The notes below the pieces were generated by a model. That model worked only from the letters and a program-made list of their open reading frames with translations, searched no databases and was not told the DNA's origin. Shown piece by piece: positions 1 through 8,167 of a DNA stretch of 64,000 bases. The first letter of the stretch is position 1, and each line of letters opens with the position of its first letter. The position numbers and the translations under genes were made by a program. The DNA is from a virus (lineage: Duplodnaviria; Caudoviricetes), in IMG/VR virus record IMGVR_UViG_3300018413_000007, positions 1-64,000 of that record. One strand, given 5' to 3'.

Positions 1-780
1 GAGGTCAATTCAATGCAGCTTCTTCTGAAAGATTACCCCACATTTACACTTTACGAATCTATTGCCAAAGAGGTTACGTTCGGTTCGACCACCTTCCTTA
101 TGTTGCCGTGGTTGTGTAAGGATAATGAGAAAGAAAATTTTGAAATCATCTCTAAAACCAAGGCAGACATCGTTATGGGCCATCTTGAGGTCAAGGGGTT
201 CGAAATGATGAAAGGCATGCCTTGTAATGATGGGATCGACATGAACGTGTTCAAGAACTTTGAATCAGTTTACTCTGGGCACTTCCATCACCCTTCTCGC
301 TACCAAAACATCGAATATCTTGGTGCTCCTTATGAGATGACCTGGTCAGACTATCTAGGCAGTCGTGGGTTCCATGTCTTTGACACGGAGACACGTGAGA
401 TGACCAAGATTGAGAATCCGTACAGGATGTTCTATAAGATCGACTACGACGACACAGATATGACCGTGGATGATGTAGCAAACTTCGACACTTCTCCCTA
501 TAAAGATACCTATATCAAGGTGATTGTGAAGAATCGAACGAATGCTTACATCTACGACATGTTTATGAATCGATTAAACGATGAAGGGGCTGCAGATATC
601 AAAGCTGTTGATGATGCCTTGAACCTCGAGTCGGCAGGTGTAGAAGAAATCCTAGACGAAACTAAAGACACGACAGAAATCCTACATAATTATATTGATT
701 CATTAGAGACGACCGCTGACAAGGGAATGATCAAGCGGACCGTCGATGAACTGTACAATGAGGCATTAAACATCGGATGA
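1..780 (+). CDS. gp47: Recombination endonuclease subunit, Mre11/SbcD-like (5'-truncated)
   Basis: Frame is open from base 1; metallophosphoesterase motifs MGHLE, SGHFH and YLGAPYEMTWSD; stop overlaps the gp46 start (ATGA). Confidence 0.92.
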   Translation, partial: EVNSMQLLLKDYPTFTLYESIAKEVTFGSTTFLMLPWLCKDNEKENFEIISKTKADIVMGHLEVKGFEMMKGMPCNDGIDMNVFKNFESVYSGHFHHPSRYQNIEYLGAPYEMTWSDYLGSRGFHVFDTETREMTKIENPYRMFYKIDYDDTDMTVDDVANFDTSPYKDTYIKVIVKNRTNAYIYDMFMNRLNDEGAADIKAVDDALNLESAGVEEILDETKDTTEILHNYIDSLETTADKGMIKRTVDELYNEALNIG

Positions 781-2489
781 GATTACAATTTAAAGAACTT
801 CGTTATAAAAACATCTTATCTACCGGCAATTCTTTCACGACAATCTATCTCGACAACAAAAGCTCTACTCTTATCAGTGGTTCGAATGGAGCAGGGAAGT
901 CTACATTCTTAGATGCGATCGTGTTTGGCCTGTATGGTAAGCCATTTCGAAAGATCAATAAACCCCAGCTTCTCAACAGTATCAACAACAAGGGACTCCT
1001 CGTGGAGATCGAGTTCAATGTTGGTGGTTCTGATTATCTCGTGCGTCGAGGCATCAAGCCGAACGTATTTGAGATTCATAGAGATGGACAGCTGATTAAC
1101 CAAGATTCTGCCAAGAAGGATTACCAGGCCTTCCTAGAACAGAACGTACTGGGCATCAATTATAAATCCTTCAATCAGATCGTGGTCTTAGGTAGTGCGA
1201 CCTATGTTCCGTTTATGGAACTCCCGGCGCAATCTCGACGAGACATCATCGAAGATCTACTCGATATCCAAGTCTTCAGCACGATGAACTTCTTGGCCAA
1301 AGATCGAATCAGTGTGAATAAGAATGATATCGCTGAGAATGGCTATAAGGTGGATATGACCGAGGGAAGTCTCGAACAGGCTGAGAAGAACAATGCCGAG
1401 ATCGTCAAGATCAAGAAGTCTGAGGTCAAGAAAATCCAAAAGAAGATGCAGGAACACATTGACAAGATCGAAGAGAAACAGCTCCTAATCGACGACATCG
1501 ATGAAAAGATAACTGCCCTATATGAAACCATTGCAGATAAGAGCTCGACTCAGAACAAACTTGACAAGTACACTAATGTCGAACGAGATCTGATAAAATC
1601 AAAGCAAACTTTTGAAAAAGAAATTGCCTTCTATCACGACAATGACAACTGCCCGACCTGCAAACAAGGAATCGACCACGAGTTTAAGGCAGAGATCACG
1701 ACAGAGAAAGAAGAAAAGAAACATGCTATTGAAACGGGCTTGATTGATATCGCAGAGAAGATCGCCGATATGTCCTCACGTATCAGTGAAATATCCGAGG
1801 TCGAGACTCTGATTCAAAAGAACCACACGGATATCAGTGAAAATCGAGGCGAGATTCGAATCTCTAAGAATGCCCTCATGTCTTATAAGTCCGAACTAGA
1901 GAACGCTGAAAGGGAAGTCGAATCGGTCGATAAATCCTATATGAAACAACTCAAGAAGGAACTCTGCGACCTACACAAACGCAGGGAAGAACTCTTTGAA
2001 GAGCAAAACATCTTGAATGTGGTGAACACGATCCTCAAAGATGGTGGGATCAAGGCAAAGATCATTCGGCAGTACATCCCTGTGATGAACAAGCTGATCA
2101 ACAAGTATTTGGCTGCATTCGAACTGTTTGTCGATTTTCATCTTGACGAGAGCTTCAATGAGGTAATTCGGTCTCGGTTCCGTGACACGTTCTCATATGG
2201 GTCATTCTCCGAAGGTGAGAAGTTACGAATCTCTCTATCGATCATGTTGGCCTGGAGATCGGTGGCCAAACTGAGAAACTCTGTGTCGACCAATCTTCTT
2301 GTTCTCGACGAGACCCTTGATGGGGCTCTCGATGGAACTGGGATTGAAAGTCTGATTGAGACCCTACACAACCTGAATGCCAACGACAACATCTTTGTGA
2401 TCTCACACCGTGGTGATCAGTTCGCAGAGAAATTTGCAAATCATATCAGATTCCACAAAGTCAAGAATTTTTCAGAGATTGCTGCATAA
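777..2489 (+). CDS. gp46: Recombination ATPase subunit, Rad50/SbcC-like
   Basis: Walker A GSNGAGKS, zinc hook CPTC within a coiled coil, signature FSEGE, Walker B/D-loop LLVLDETLDG. Confidence 0.95.
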   Translation: MRLQFKELRYKNILSTGNSFTTIYLDNKSSTLISGSNGAGKSTFLDAIVFGLYGKPFRKINKPQLLNSINNKGLLVEIEFNVGGSDYLVRRGIKPNVFEIHRDGQLINQDSAKKDYQAFLEQNVLGINYKSFNQIVVLGSATYVPFMELPAQSRRDIIEDLLDIQVFSTMNFLAKDRISVNKNDIAENGYKVDMTEGSLEQAEKNNAEIVKIKKSEVKKIQKKMQEHIDKIEEKQLLIDDIDEKITALYETIADKSSTQNKLDKYTNVERDLIKSKQTFEKEIAFYHDNDNCPTCKQGIDHEFKAEITTEKEEKKHAIETGLIDIAEKIADMSSRISEISEVETLIQKNHTDISENRGEIRISKNALMSYKSELENAEREVESVDKSYMKQLKKELCDLHKRREELFEEQNILNVVNTILKDGGIKAKIIRQYIPVMNKLINKYLAAFELFVDFHLDESFNEVIRSRFRDTFSYGSFSEGEKLRISLSIMLAWRSVAKLRNSVSTNLLVLDETLDGALDGTGIESLIETLHNLNANDNIFVISHRGDQFAEKFANHIRFHKVKNFSEIAA

Positions 2490-2492
2490 TAT

Positions 2493-2577
2493 ACTTATAG
2501 GTACATATAAGTGCATACAAATTACACTTATAGGTACATATAAATGGACAAAGTTACACTTTTATGGACATAAAAGT
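2493..2577. repeat. Three 20-bp quasi-palindromic boxes at 32-33 bp spacing
   Basis: ACTTATAGGTACATATAAGT (2493-2512), ACTTATAGGTACATATAAAT (2526-2545) and ACTTTTATGGACATAAAAGT (2558-2577) in the gp46-gp43 intergenic region. Confidence 0.85.
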
Positions 2578-2586
2578 GCATAGTGG

Positions 2587-2615
2587 TTGACTTTTGGTTT
2601 GGTGCGTGATAAAAT
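2587..2615 (+). promoter_or_regulatory. sigma70-type promoter for gp43
   Basis: TTGACT-N17-TAAAAT with an extended -10 TG; GGAG RBS before ATG 2640. Confidence 0.75.
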
Positions 2616-2639
2616 GGCCACTCAAACTGGAGACAATAT

Positions 2640-5189
2640 ATGCAATTCTACACTTCAGTAGATAGACTCGGCAACAACATCCTCTACCGTGGATACAAGA
2701 ACGGCAAGAGGGTGGCACACAAAATTCCATACAAGCCCACTCTCTATGTTCATGCCCCGAACAAGAAAGAAGGCACCACCCATACCTCCCTGCTGACAGA
2801 GAAGCCTCTCCATCCGTTCAAGTTCGACTCGATGAAAGAGGCCTCGGACTTCGTCGACCAATACAAAGATGTTGGGATGATGGAAATCTGTGGGAACACG
2901 AAGTATGTGGCTCAATTCATTCAAGAACATTACCCAGGCGAGATAGAGTTCGATATCAATCAGATCAACATTGTCTCGTTCGATATCGAGGTTGATGTTA
3001 CCGATGGCTTCCCCAACGTGGAGGAGGCTGATAACCCAATCACATCCATCGCGTACAAATCTTCCAAGTCAGATACCTATCATCTGCTCGGTCTGAAAGA
3101 TTACGACAAATACGCAACGATCACTGACATCGACCCAGAGAATATCAACTTCATCAAATTCGATACCGAACAACAACTCCTTCGGCATTTCGTGGATCTG
3201 TGGACATCTGACTATCCAGATATCGTAACAGGATGGAACGTAGAGTTCTTCGATATCATGTACATCGTGACGAGAATTCTTCGAGAGTGTGGTGAGGAAT
3301 TGGCAAACCGACTGTCCCCGTGGAAAAAGATTCGTAAACGTAGCCGTGAACTCTTCGACAAGATCCAATCGACCTATTCGATCTCTGGTGTGGCTGTCCT
3401 CGACTATCTGGATGCTTTCAAGAAGTTTGGATACAAATATGGCCCACAAGAATCATTCAAACTTGACCATATCGCTCATGTGATCCTCGGTGAGAAGAAA
3501 CTTGATTATACCGAATACGGCTCATTGACAGCCCTCTATGAACAGAATCCTCAGCTCTATCTCGATTATAACCTCCAAGATACCCGACTGATTCAAAGAC
3601 TAGAAGATGAGACTGCCCTATTGGCTCTCGTGATGACCATCGCGTACCAAGGTGGTGTGAATTACCAAGAGGCATTCGGGACTGTGGGCATATGGGAAAC
3701 CACACTCTATCGTCGATTGATGAGCAAGAATATTGCCCCACCGATCAAGAGTGGTTCTCCCGGTCACCGCGCGGATCTCGTTGGTGGATATGTGAAAGAC
3801 CCTCAGATCGGTCTACATCCTTGGGTCGTGTCCTTTGATTTGAACTCCCTGTATCCTCACCTTATGCTTCAATACAATATGTCACCCGAGACGTACATTG
3901 GTGATCGTAGAGAATATGTGACGCAGGACATGGTTCTCAAGGGTGATTACAAGAACGACGATCCTAACGTGTCGGTCACTGCCAATGGTGTGTGTTTTCG
4001 AAATGACAAACTGGGAATCATTCCAGAAATCATTGATGAATACTACAACAACCGATCCAAGATCAAGAAACAGATGTTGGCTGTAGAACAGCAACTCGAG
4101 GTTGAGAAAGATCCTCGACAGATCAAAAAACTCAAGGCAGAGGCCAATCAGTTACACAACTCTCAGATGTCGATCAAGATCTCGATGAACAGCCTCTATG
4201 GTGCGACTGCCAACATTTACTTCGCATACTATATTAATGAGATGGCCGAGGCGATCACCACATCTGGACAGCTCTCGATTCGATATGCCCAGAAATCGGT
4301 GAACGATTATCTAAACAAACTCCTCAAGACTGACGACAAGGATTATATCATCTACATCGATACCGACTCGATCTATGTGAACTTTGCCCCGGTGATCGAA
4401 GAGGTCTTCGGTACTGTTGATATTGATCGGCAGAAGGGTGAAGAATTTCTCGACAAGATCTGCTCCTCGAAAATCGAAGATGTCATTGAAAAAGGATACC
4501 AGAAACTTGCAGATGACATGGGTGCGTATCGGCAGGCCATGGGGATGAAACGAGAGAAGATCAACGACAAGGGTCTGTTCGTGGCCAAGAAGAGATACAT
4601 TCTCAATACCCTCAACTCTGAAGGTGTCCATTATGAGACCCCAAAGATCTCTGTGACTGGCTTGGAATCTGTTCGGTCCTCGACTCCTGAGGTCTGCCGA
4701 GATAAGATGAAAGAGGCCTTCAAGGTGATCATGCAGGGTACCGAATCAGACACCCAACAATTCATCGCCGAGTTTCGAGATCAGTTCAAATCGCTCCCCA
4801 TCGAAGAGATCGCCAAGAACTCAGGAACTGACAACATTGACAAATTCCGTGTGAAGGCCGGCCCAGAACTCTACAAGAAGGGATGTCCAATCCACGTCCG
4901 TGGCTGTATCCTGTACAACGACTTCCTGCAGAAGAAGAATCTATCCAAGAAATACGAGAAGATCATCTCCGGTGATAAGATCAAATATGTCTATCTGAAA
5001 CTCCCCAACCCCCTGCGAGAGAATATGATCTCGTTCCCCCGTAACCTACCCAAGGAGTTCGACCTCCAGCCCTACATCGACTACGATACCCAGTTCGACA
5101 AAGTGTTCCTCAAACCCATTGAAATCATCCTCGAGGCCCTAGGTTGGTCTGCCGAGAAGGTCAATACCTTAGAAGATTTCTTCTCGTGA
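2640..5189 (+). CDS. gp43: Family B DNA polymerase
   Basis: Exonuclease motifs SFDIEV, GWNVEFFD, DYNLQD; polymerase motifs SFDLNSLYP, KISMNSLYG, YIDTDS; 849 aa with no apparent intein. Confidence 0.97.
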   Translation: MQFYTSVDRLGNNILYRGYKNGKRVAHKIPYKPTLYVHAPNKKEGTTHTSLLTEKPLHPFKFDSMKEASDFVDQYKDVGMMEICGNTKYVAQFIQEHYPGEIEFDINQINIVSFDIEVDVTDGFPNVEEADNPITSIAYKSSKSDTYHLLGLKDYDKYATITDIDPENINFIKFDTEQQLLRHFVDLWTSDYPDIVTGWNVEFFDIMYIVTRILRECGEELANRLSPWKKIRKRSRELFDKIQSTYSISGVAVLDYLDAFKKFGYKYGPQESFKLDHIAHVILGEKKLDYTEYGSLTALYEQNPQLYLDYNLQDTRLIQRLEDETALLALVMTIAYQGGVNYQEAFGTVGIWETTLYRRLMSKNIAPPIKSGSPGHRADLVGGYVKDPQIGLHPWVVSFDLNSLYPHLMLQYNMSPETYIGDRREYVTQDMVLKGDYKNDDPNVSVTANGVCFRNDKLGIIPEIIDEYYNNRSKIKKQMLAVEQQLEVEKDPRQIKKLKAEANQLHNSQMSIKISMNSLYGATANIYFAYYINEMAEAITTSGQLSIRYAQKSVNDYLNKLLKTDDKDYIIYIDTDSIYVNFAPVIEEVFGTVDIDRQKGEEFLDKICSSKIEDVIEKGYQKLADDMGAYRQAMGMKREKINDKGLFVAKKRYILNTLNSEGVHYETPKISVTGLESVRSSTPEVCRDKMKEAFKVIMQGTESDTQQFIAEFRDQFKSLPIEEIAKNSGTDNIDKFRVKAGPELYKKGCPIHVRGCILYNDFLQKKNLSKKYEKIISGDKIKYVYLKLPNPLRENMISFPRNLPKEFDLQPYIDYDTQFDKVFLKPIEIILEALGWSAEKVNTLEDFFS

Positions 5190-5199
5190 TATCGGTTCC

Positions 5200-5218
5200 T
5201 TATTCCAAAATGTTCTAA
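5200..5218 (+). repeat. 19-bp direct repeat, copy 1, upstream of early promoter
   Basis: TTATTCCAAAATGTTCTAA, identical to 5498-5516. Confidence 0.9.
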
Positions 5219-5226
5219 GAAAAGTC

Positions 5227-5255
5227 TTGATAAAATGTCAGCTATGGCCTATAAT
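5227..5255 (+). promoter_or_regulatory. Early sigma70-type promoter
   Basis: AAAAGTC-TTGATA-N17-TATAAT. Confidence 0.8.
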
Positions 5256-5282
5256 ATACTCTCAAATCAAGGAAACAAAGAC

Positions 5283-5480
5283 ATGATGAAAACAACAGGA
5301 ACCGCTACCTCTTTTGATACCTATGCCGACTATGTTGCTGACCGTCGATCAGCACGTCATCAAGTTTTGCCTGAGACTTTATGGACTGCGTTGAAAAATA
5401 ATGAGTCTTTATGTAACACTCGGGTGGCCGAAGGTTTTGATGACTTTGAGGCTGCGTGGGAAGAAGCAGAATACGCATAG
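5283..5480 (+). CDS. Hypothetical early protein (65 aa)
   Basis: ATG 5283 follows AAGGA and lies downstream of the promoter; the upstream ATG at 5235 is inside the promoter spacer. Confidence 0.65.
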   Translation: MMKTTGTATSFDTYADYVADRRSARHQVLPETLWTALKNNESLCNTRVAEGFDDFEAAWEEAEYA

Positions 5481-5497
5481 AACAAAAAGTTATATCT

Positions 5498-5516
5498 TTA
5501 TTCCAAAATGTTCTAA
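5498..5516 (+). repeat. 19-bp direct repeat, copy 2
   Basis: TTATTCCAAAATGTTCTAA, upstream of the next early promoter. Confidence 0.9.
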
Positions 5517-5544
5517 AAAAAGTTGTTTTTTTTACAAAAAAGTG

Positions 5545-5573
5545 TTGACAAAGGCCCCGATCTAGCCTATAAT
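5545..5573 (+). promoter_or_regulatory. Early sigma70-type promoter (perfect consensus)
   Basis: A/T tracts, then AAAAAAGTG-TTGACA-N17-TATAAT. Confidence 0.9.
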
Positions 5574-5604
5574 GTACACATAAATTGAGATAAGGAATTG
5601 ACAC

Positions 5605-5877
5605 ATGGCACGAATCATCTACCAAACAGAATCTGAAATCCAAGAGATGCAGGCTGAAGGGATCGACTTCAACCAAGCTTTGAGGATTGTCAAAGGTTTC
5701 ATGGGTACTGAAGATACCCTCGACGCTCTGATGGGTTTTGAGAAGCGTTACGCCGCTGCTGAGGTAGCTGCGCTTGAGACTGACGACTACGATTTCGACC
5801 ATGAGTGGAGATATGAGGTCTATTCTTACAACCTTCTGGTTGAAGGTTTTGGTCAATTGTTCGCGGAGGCATCATAA
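5605..5877 (+). CDS. Hypothetical early protein (90 aa, acidic)
   Basis: TAAGGA RBS; first gene after a consensus promoter. Confidence 0.75.
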   Translation: MARIIYQTESEIQEMQAEGIDFNQALRIVKGFMGTEDTLDALMGFEKRYAAAEVAALETDDYDFDHEWRYEVYSYNLLVEGFGQLFAEAS

Positions 5878-6044
5878 TGAACACGCTTGAGATGCTTAGA
5901 GAGTCGCTGATCAGCTACATTTCTGATGCTCACAAGGATGCCTATGGCTTCCGTCCTCGTGGTTACAACTATTCTGAGTGGTCGATGGAGGCCCTCGGCG
6001 AGGAGGTAGATCGCATGAGCGAGGTCGTTTCCCGATGTCAGTAA
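5877..6044 (+). CDS. Hypothetical phage protein (55 aa), not in the ORF track
   Basis: MNTLEMLRESLISYISDAHKDAYGFRPRGYNYSEWSMEALGEEVDRMSEVVSRCQ; TAATG coupling at both ends; SDxHKDAYGFRPR resembles a motif I recall from small phage proteins. Confidence 0.7.
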   Translation: MNTLEMLRESLISYISDAHKDAYGFRPRGYNYSEWSMEALGEEVDRMSEVVSRCQ

Positions 6045-6196
6045 TGAGAGATTACGCGAAGAAAGATTTTTCAATCCCTAAGAGAGAGGGCAAGATTCCT
6101 AAAGAAAGCCCTCTTGTATCGTTCCTTGCGTGTTGTATTATGGGCGCAATCCTAGGTGGATTGTTTGGATATGGTCTATTGTTTACAGGAGTTTAA
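6044..6196 (+). CDS. Small membrane peptide (50 aa)
   Basis: TAATG-coupled start; basic N-terminus and a C-terminal hydrophobic helix LVSFLACCIMGAILGGLFGYGLLF. Confidence 0.6.
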   Translation: MRDYAKKDFSIPKREGKIPKESPLVSFLACCIMGAILGGLFGYGLLFTGV

Positions 6197-6197
6197 G

Positions 6198-6419
6198 ATG
6201 ACGTTAGAAGATTTTCAAGATATGTTACAAAGGCACGACTGGTACTTCAACTATTCAGACGACCACAATGTCTGGGTCAAAGGAAACAATCAAAGTAAAG
6301 AAATTGATATTGCGTACAAAGAATTGAGTGGTCAGGGTCTTGAAGAAGAAGCTCGAGAACTTTACAACGCTTTGTCACCCAGTAATTTTCATATGAAACC
6401 ACCAAAGGAGAATTCTTAA
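6198..6419 (+). CDS. Hypothetical protein (73 aa)
   Basis: AGGAG RBS before ATG 6198; HDWYFNYSDD motif. Confidence 0.7.
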   Translation: MTLEDFQDMLQRHDWYFNYSDDHNVWVKGNNQSKEIDIAYKELSGQGLEEEARELYNALSPSNFHMKPPKENS

Positions 6420-6448
6420 ATTATTTTAACTTTTTTTTAAAAAAAGTG

Positions 6449-6476
6449 TTGACATCCCAGCCAGATGTGTTATAAT
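6449..6476 (+). promoter_or_regulatory. Early sigma70-type promoter
   Basis: Palindromic T8A7 tract, then AAAAGTG-TTGACA-N16-TATAAT with an extended -10 TG. Confidence 0.85.
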
Positions 6477-6505
6477 GGCTATTGAAATTGAGAGGAAACT
6501 TTACT

Positions 6506-6940
6506 ATGTTTAAGAAAACTTTGTTACTAACCGCAGCTTGTCTCGCGAGTGTATCCGCCGAGGCCCGATATCAAACCGACCCAGCCGAACACGAAAAGGG
6601 CGCTCTTCGAGCCCTGAGTGGTTTAGAGGCTCCTATTGTCAAAACAGCCACCGGTTCTGAGATCATCTATTCTGCGTTTGATGTAAACAACGCTGCTGCG
6701 ATGTTGAATGGAACTGAATGGCTCCCTGACTTTCCTTATGACTCTAAGGAACAGTGGAAGGCCGATTATGGTTACGCCCCAGAAAAAGTCATCAATGCGA
6801 TTTATCAATGTCAGATGAAACCTGGTACCCAATACGTTGAAGGGACTAAGCCCGGTACCGAGAAAAAGGCGATCTATTTGAAGAATCATGTGATGTCTTT
6901 GAACCTTGCTGTTTGTTATCAAGTCGCTGATTGGGACTAA
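6506..6940 (+). CDS. Predicted exported protein (144 aa, Sec signal peptide)
   Basis: GAGG RBS; N-terminus MFKKTLLLTAACLASVSAEA ends in an A-x-A cleavage motif; two Cys in the mature part. Confidence 0.7.
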   Translation: MFKKTLLLTAACLASVSAEARYQTDPAEHEKGALRALSGLEAPIVKTATGSEIIYSAFDVNNAAAMLNGTEWLPDFPYDSKEQWKADYGYAPEKVINAIYQCQMKPGTQYVEGTKPGTEKKAIYLKNHVMSLNLAVCYQVADWD

Positions 6941-6942
6941 TT

Positions 6943-7128
6943 ATGAGATTTAAATTTGAAGCTTATGGCTCTGAACTTATGGTGGAGGCCAGAAATCAGG
7001 TCGAAGCCTTTGATAAAGCCAACGAGGCCCTTTTGTGGCCCCACCCAAACCACAACGGTCAAGATGGTATGTGGAACTATCAAGGTGAAATGACATACCG
7101 TTGGGTTACTGGGAATTTTTTTGATTAA
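6943..7128 (+). CDS. Hypothetical protein (61 aa)
   Basis: Compact ORF in an operon-like arrangement (MRFKFEAYG...). Confidence 0.6.
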   Translation: MRFKFEAYGSELMVEARNQVEAFDKANEALLWPHPNHNGQDGMWNYQGEMTYRWVTGNFFD

Positions 7129-7134
7129 GGATAT

Positions 7135-7416
7135 ATGATGTTTGATGGTGATGACTTTTACGACTACTTTATTAAGCCCCTCAGTGATCTGAGCCATAAT
7201 GATTTGGCCACTGTCGCTGATAAGGCTTTTGCCAACCCTGATTGGATCTTCATCCAAAATGGTCCTGCCGATACTATCGATAAGGTCGCGACAATTATTC
7301 ACGACGATTATTTCGATACTGGTGCTTGTGACAGCTGGGGACCTGCCACCTTTGTCAACTGGTACATCAATTCTGCTCTCTATGATGTGAGCAAAATGGT
7401 TGCCAAGGCATCCTAA
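7135..7416 (+). CDS. Hypothetical protein (93 aa)
   Basis: TAAGGA RBS; stop coupled to the next start. Confidence 0.65.
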   Translation: MMFDGDDFYDYFIKPLSDLSHNDLATVADKAFANPDWIFIQNGPADTIDKVATIIHDDYFDTGACDSWGPATFVNWYINSALYDVSKMVAKAS

Positions 7417-7607
7417 TGTATCTCTGTATCTGTAACGCGATTACAGAAAAGATGCTTGACGACAACCACTTTCTATTAGAAAAGATTGGATCTCAATGTG
7501 GCAAGTGTCTTGAAGGTGGACATATACGAGATGGTCACAGAGTAACTTATCTAAAAGGAACCGATGAAACTAATCGAAGCCCTAGTTCGAAGCTGCGGAC
7601 ATTATAA
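7416..7607 (+). CDS. bfd: Bacterioferritin-associated ferredoxin-like [2Fe-2S] protein
   Basis: MYLCICN...GSQCGKC gives the C-x-C...C-x2-C pattern of Bfd (E. coli MYVCLCN...GNQCGKC). Confidence 0.75.
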   Translation: MYLCICNAITEKMLDDNHFLLEKIGSQCGKCLEGGHIRDGHRVTYLKGTDETNRSPSSKLRTL

Positions 7608-7833
7608 AACTGAAGAGCAAATCCTCGATGAATGTGAATATTATGGGTTAGACCCAGATTCAGAGGTGAGCCATGGCCAGAAAGTATCTCTCGGTCATAT
7701 TTCTTTTCTGGTTTACGACAACGCCGGTGCGTCTATACGAAAATTGGTAGATACTCCTATGGAAGACCCCGGCGAAGTCGTTTGTCCTACCTGTGGTGGC
7801 ACAGGAAAAGTTCTTGACAATTCGACTAAATAA
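7564..7833 (+). CDS. Hypothetical protein with C-terminal CPTCGGTG motif
   Basis: AAAGGA RBS; a single CxxCxGxG zinc-ribbon half motif. Confidence 0.6.
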   Translation: MKLIEALVRSCGHYKTEEQILDECEYYGLDPDSEVSHGQKVSLGHISFLVYDNAGASIRKLVDTPMEDPGEVVCPTCGGTGKVLDNSTK

Positions 7834-7842
7834 TGGTATAAT
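7814..7842 (+). promoter_or_regulatory. sigma70-type promoter for the glycosyltransferase cluster
   Basis: AAAAGTTC-TTGACA-N17-TATAAT with an extended -10 TG. Confidence 0.85.
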
Positions 7843-7861
7843 GGCCACCAGTGAGGTAAGA

Positions 7862-8167
7862 ATGAAAGTAAAAGACACATCGCTAGACTACGAGACAATG
7901 TTGGAATACTCTGATGAGGAAAACATCATCGACAATCTTGATGAGTTTCTCGGCGAAGAATCTGACACCAAGCTTAAAGTAGCACCTAGAAAAATTAATA
8001 AAGAGTTTCCTGAGCCATGGCAGACCATTACGATGAACTTCCCGACCGAGGAAGATTACGTCGAATTCATGCTCAAGGCTGACGAGAAACCTATGCCTAA
8101 ACTAAATAAGTTTGTCTATAAGGCAGGCCGTACTGATACCGGCCTATTAGGATTTTTGGAGGATTAA
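7862..8167 (+). CDS. Hypothetical acidic protein resembling the N-terminal domain of the adjacent glycosyltransferase
   Basis: GAGGT RBS before ATG 7862; PWQTITMNFPTEEDYVEF resembles PFKQIRVHFNTREDREHF in the next ORF. Confidence 0.7.
   Translation: MKVKDTSLDYETMLEYSDEENIIDNLDEFLGEESDTKLKVAPRKINKEFPEPWQTITMNFPTEEDYVEFMLKADEKPMPKLNKFVYKAGRTDTGLLGFLED

Noticed and set aside
2493-2577. Possible CRISPR mini-array
   Set aside because: Intervening sequences are only 12-13 bp and resemble each other; no cas genes or leader; better read as operator- or iteron-like boxes.
2640-5189. Intein, intron or split in gp43
   Set aside because: 849 aa continuous ORF with all motifs at normal spacing; no homing endonuclease motifs.
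5235-5282. Longer start for the first early ORF given in the track
   Set aside because: ATG 5235 lies between the -35 and -10 boxes, so it would not be transcribed from this promoter.
5305-5856. 183-aa minus-strand ORF
   Set aside because: Antisense to well-supported early genes and crosses a promoter/poly-A tract; no RBS or motif.
7564-7833. DnaJ-like chaperone call from CPTCGGTG
   Set aside because: Only one CxxCxGxG unit and no J-domain HPD motif.
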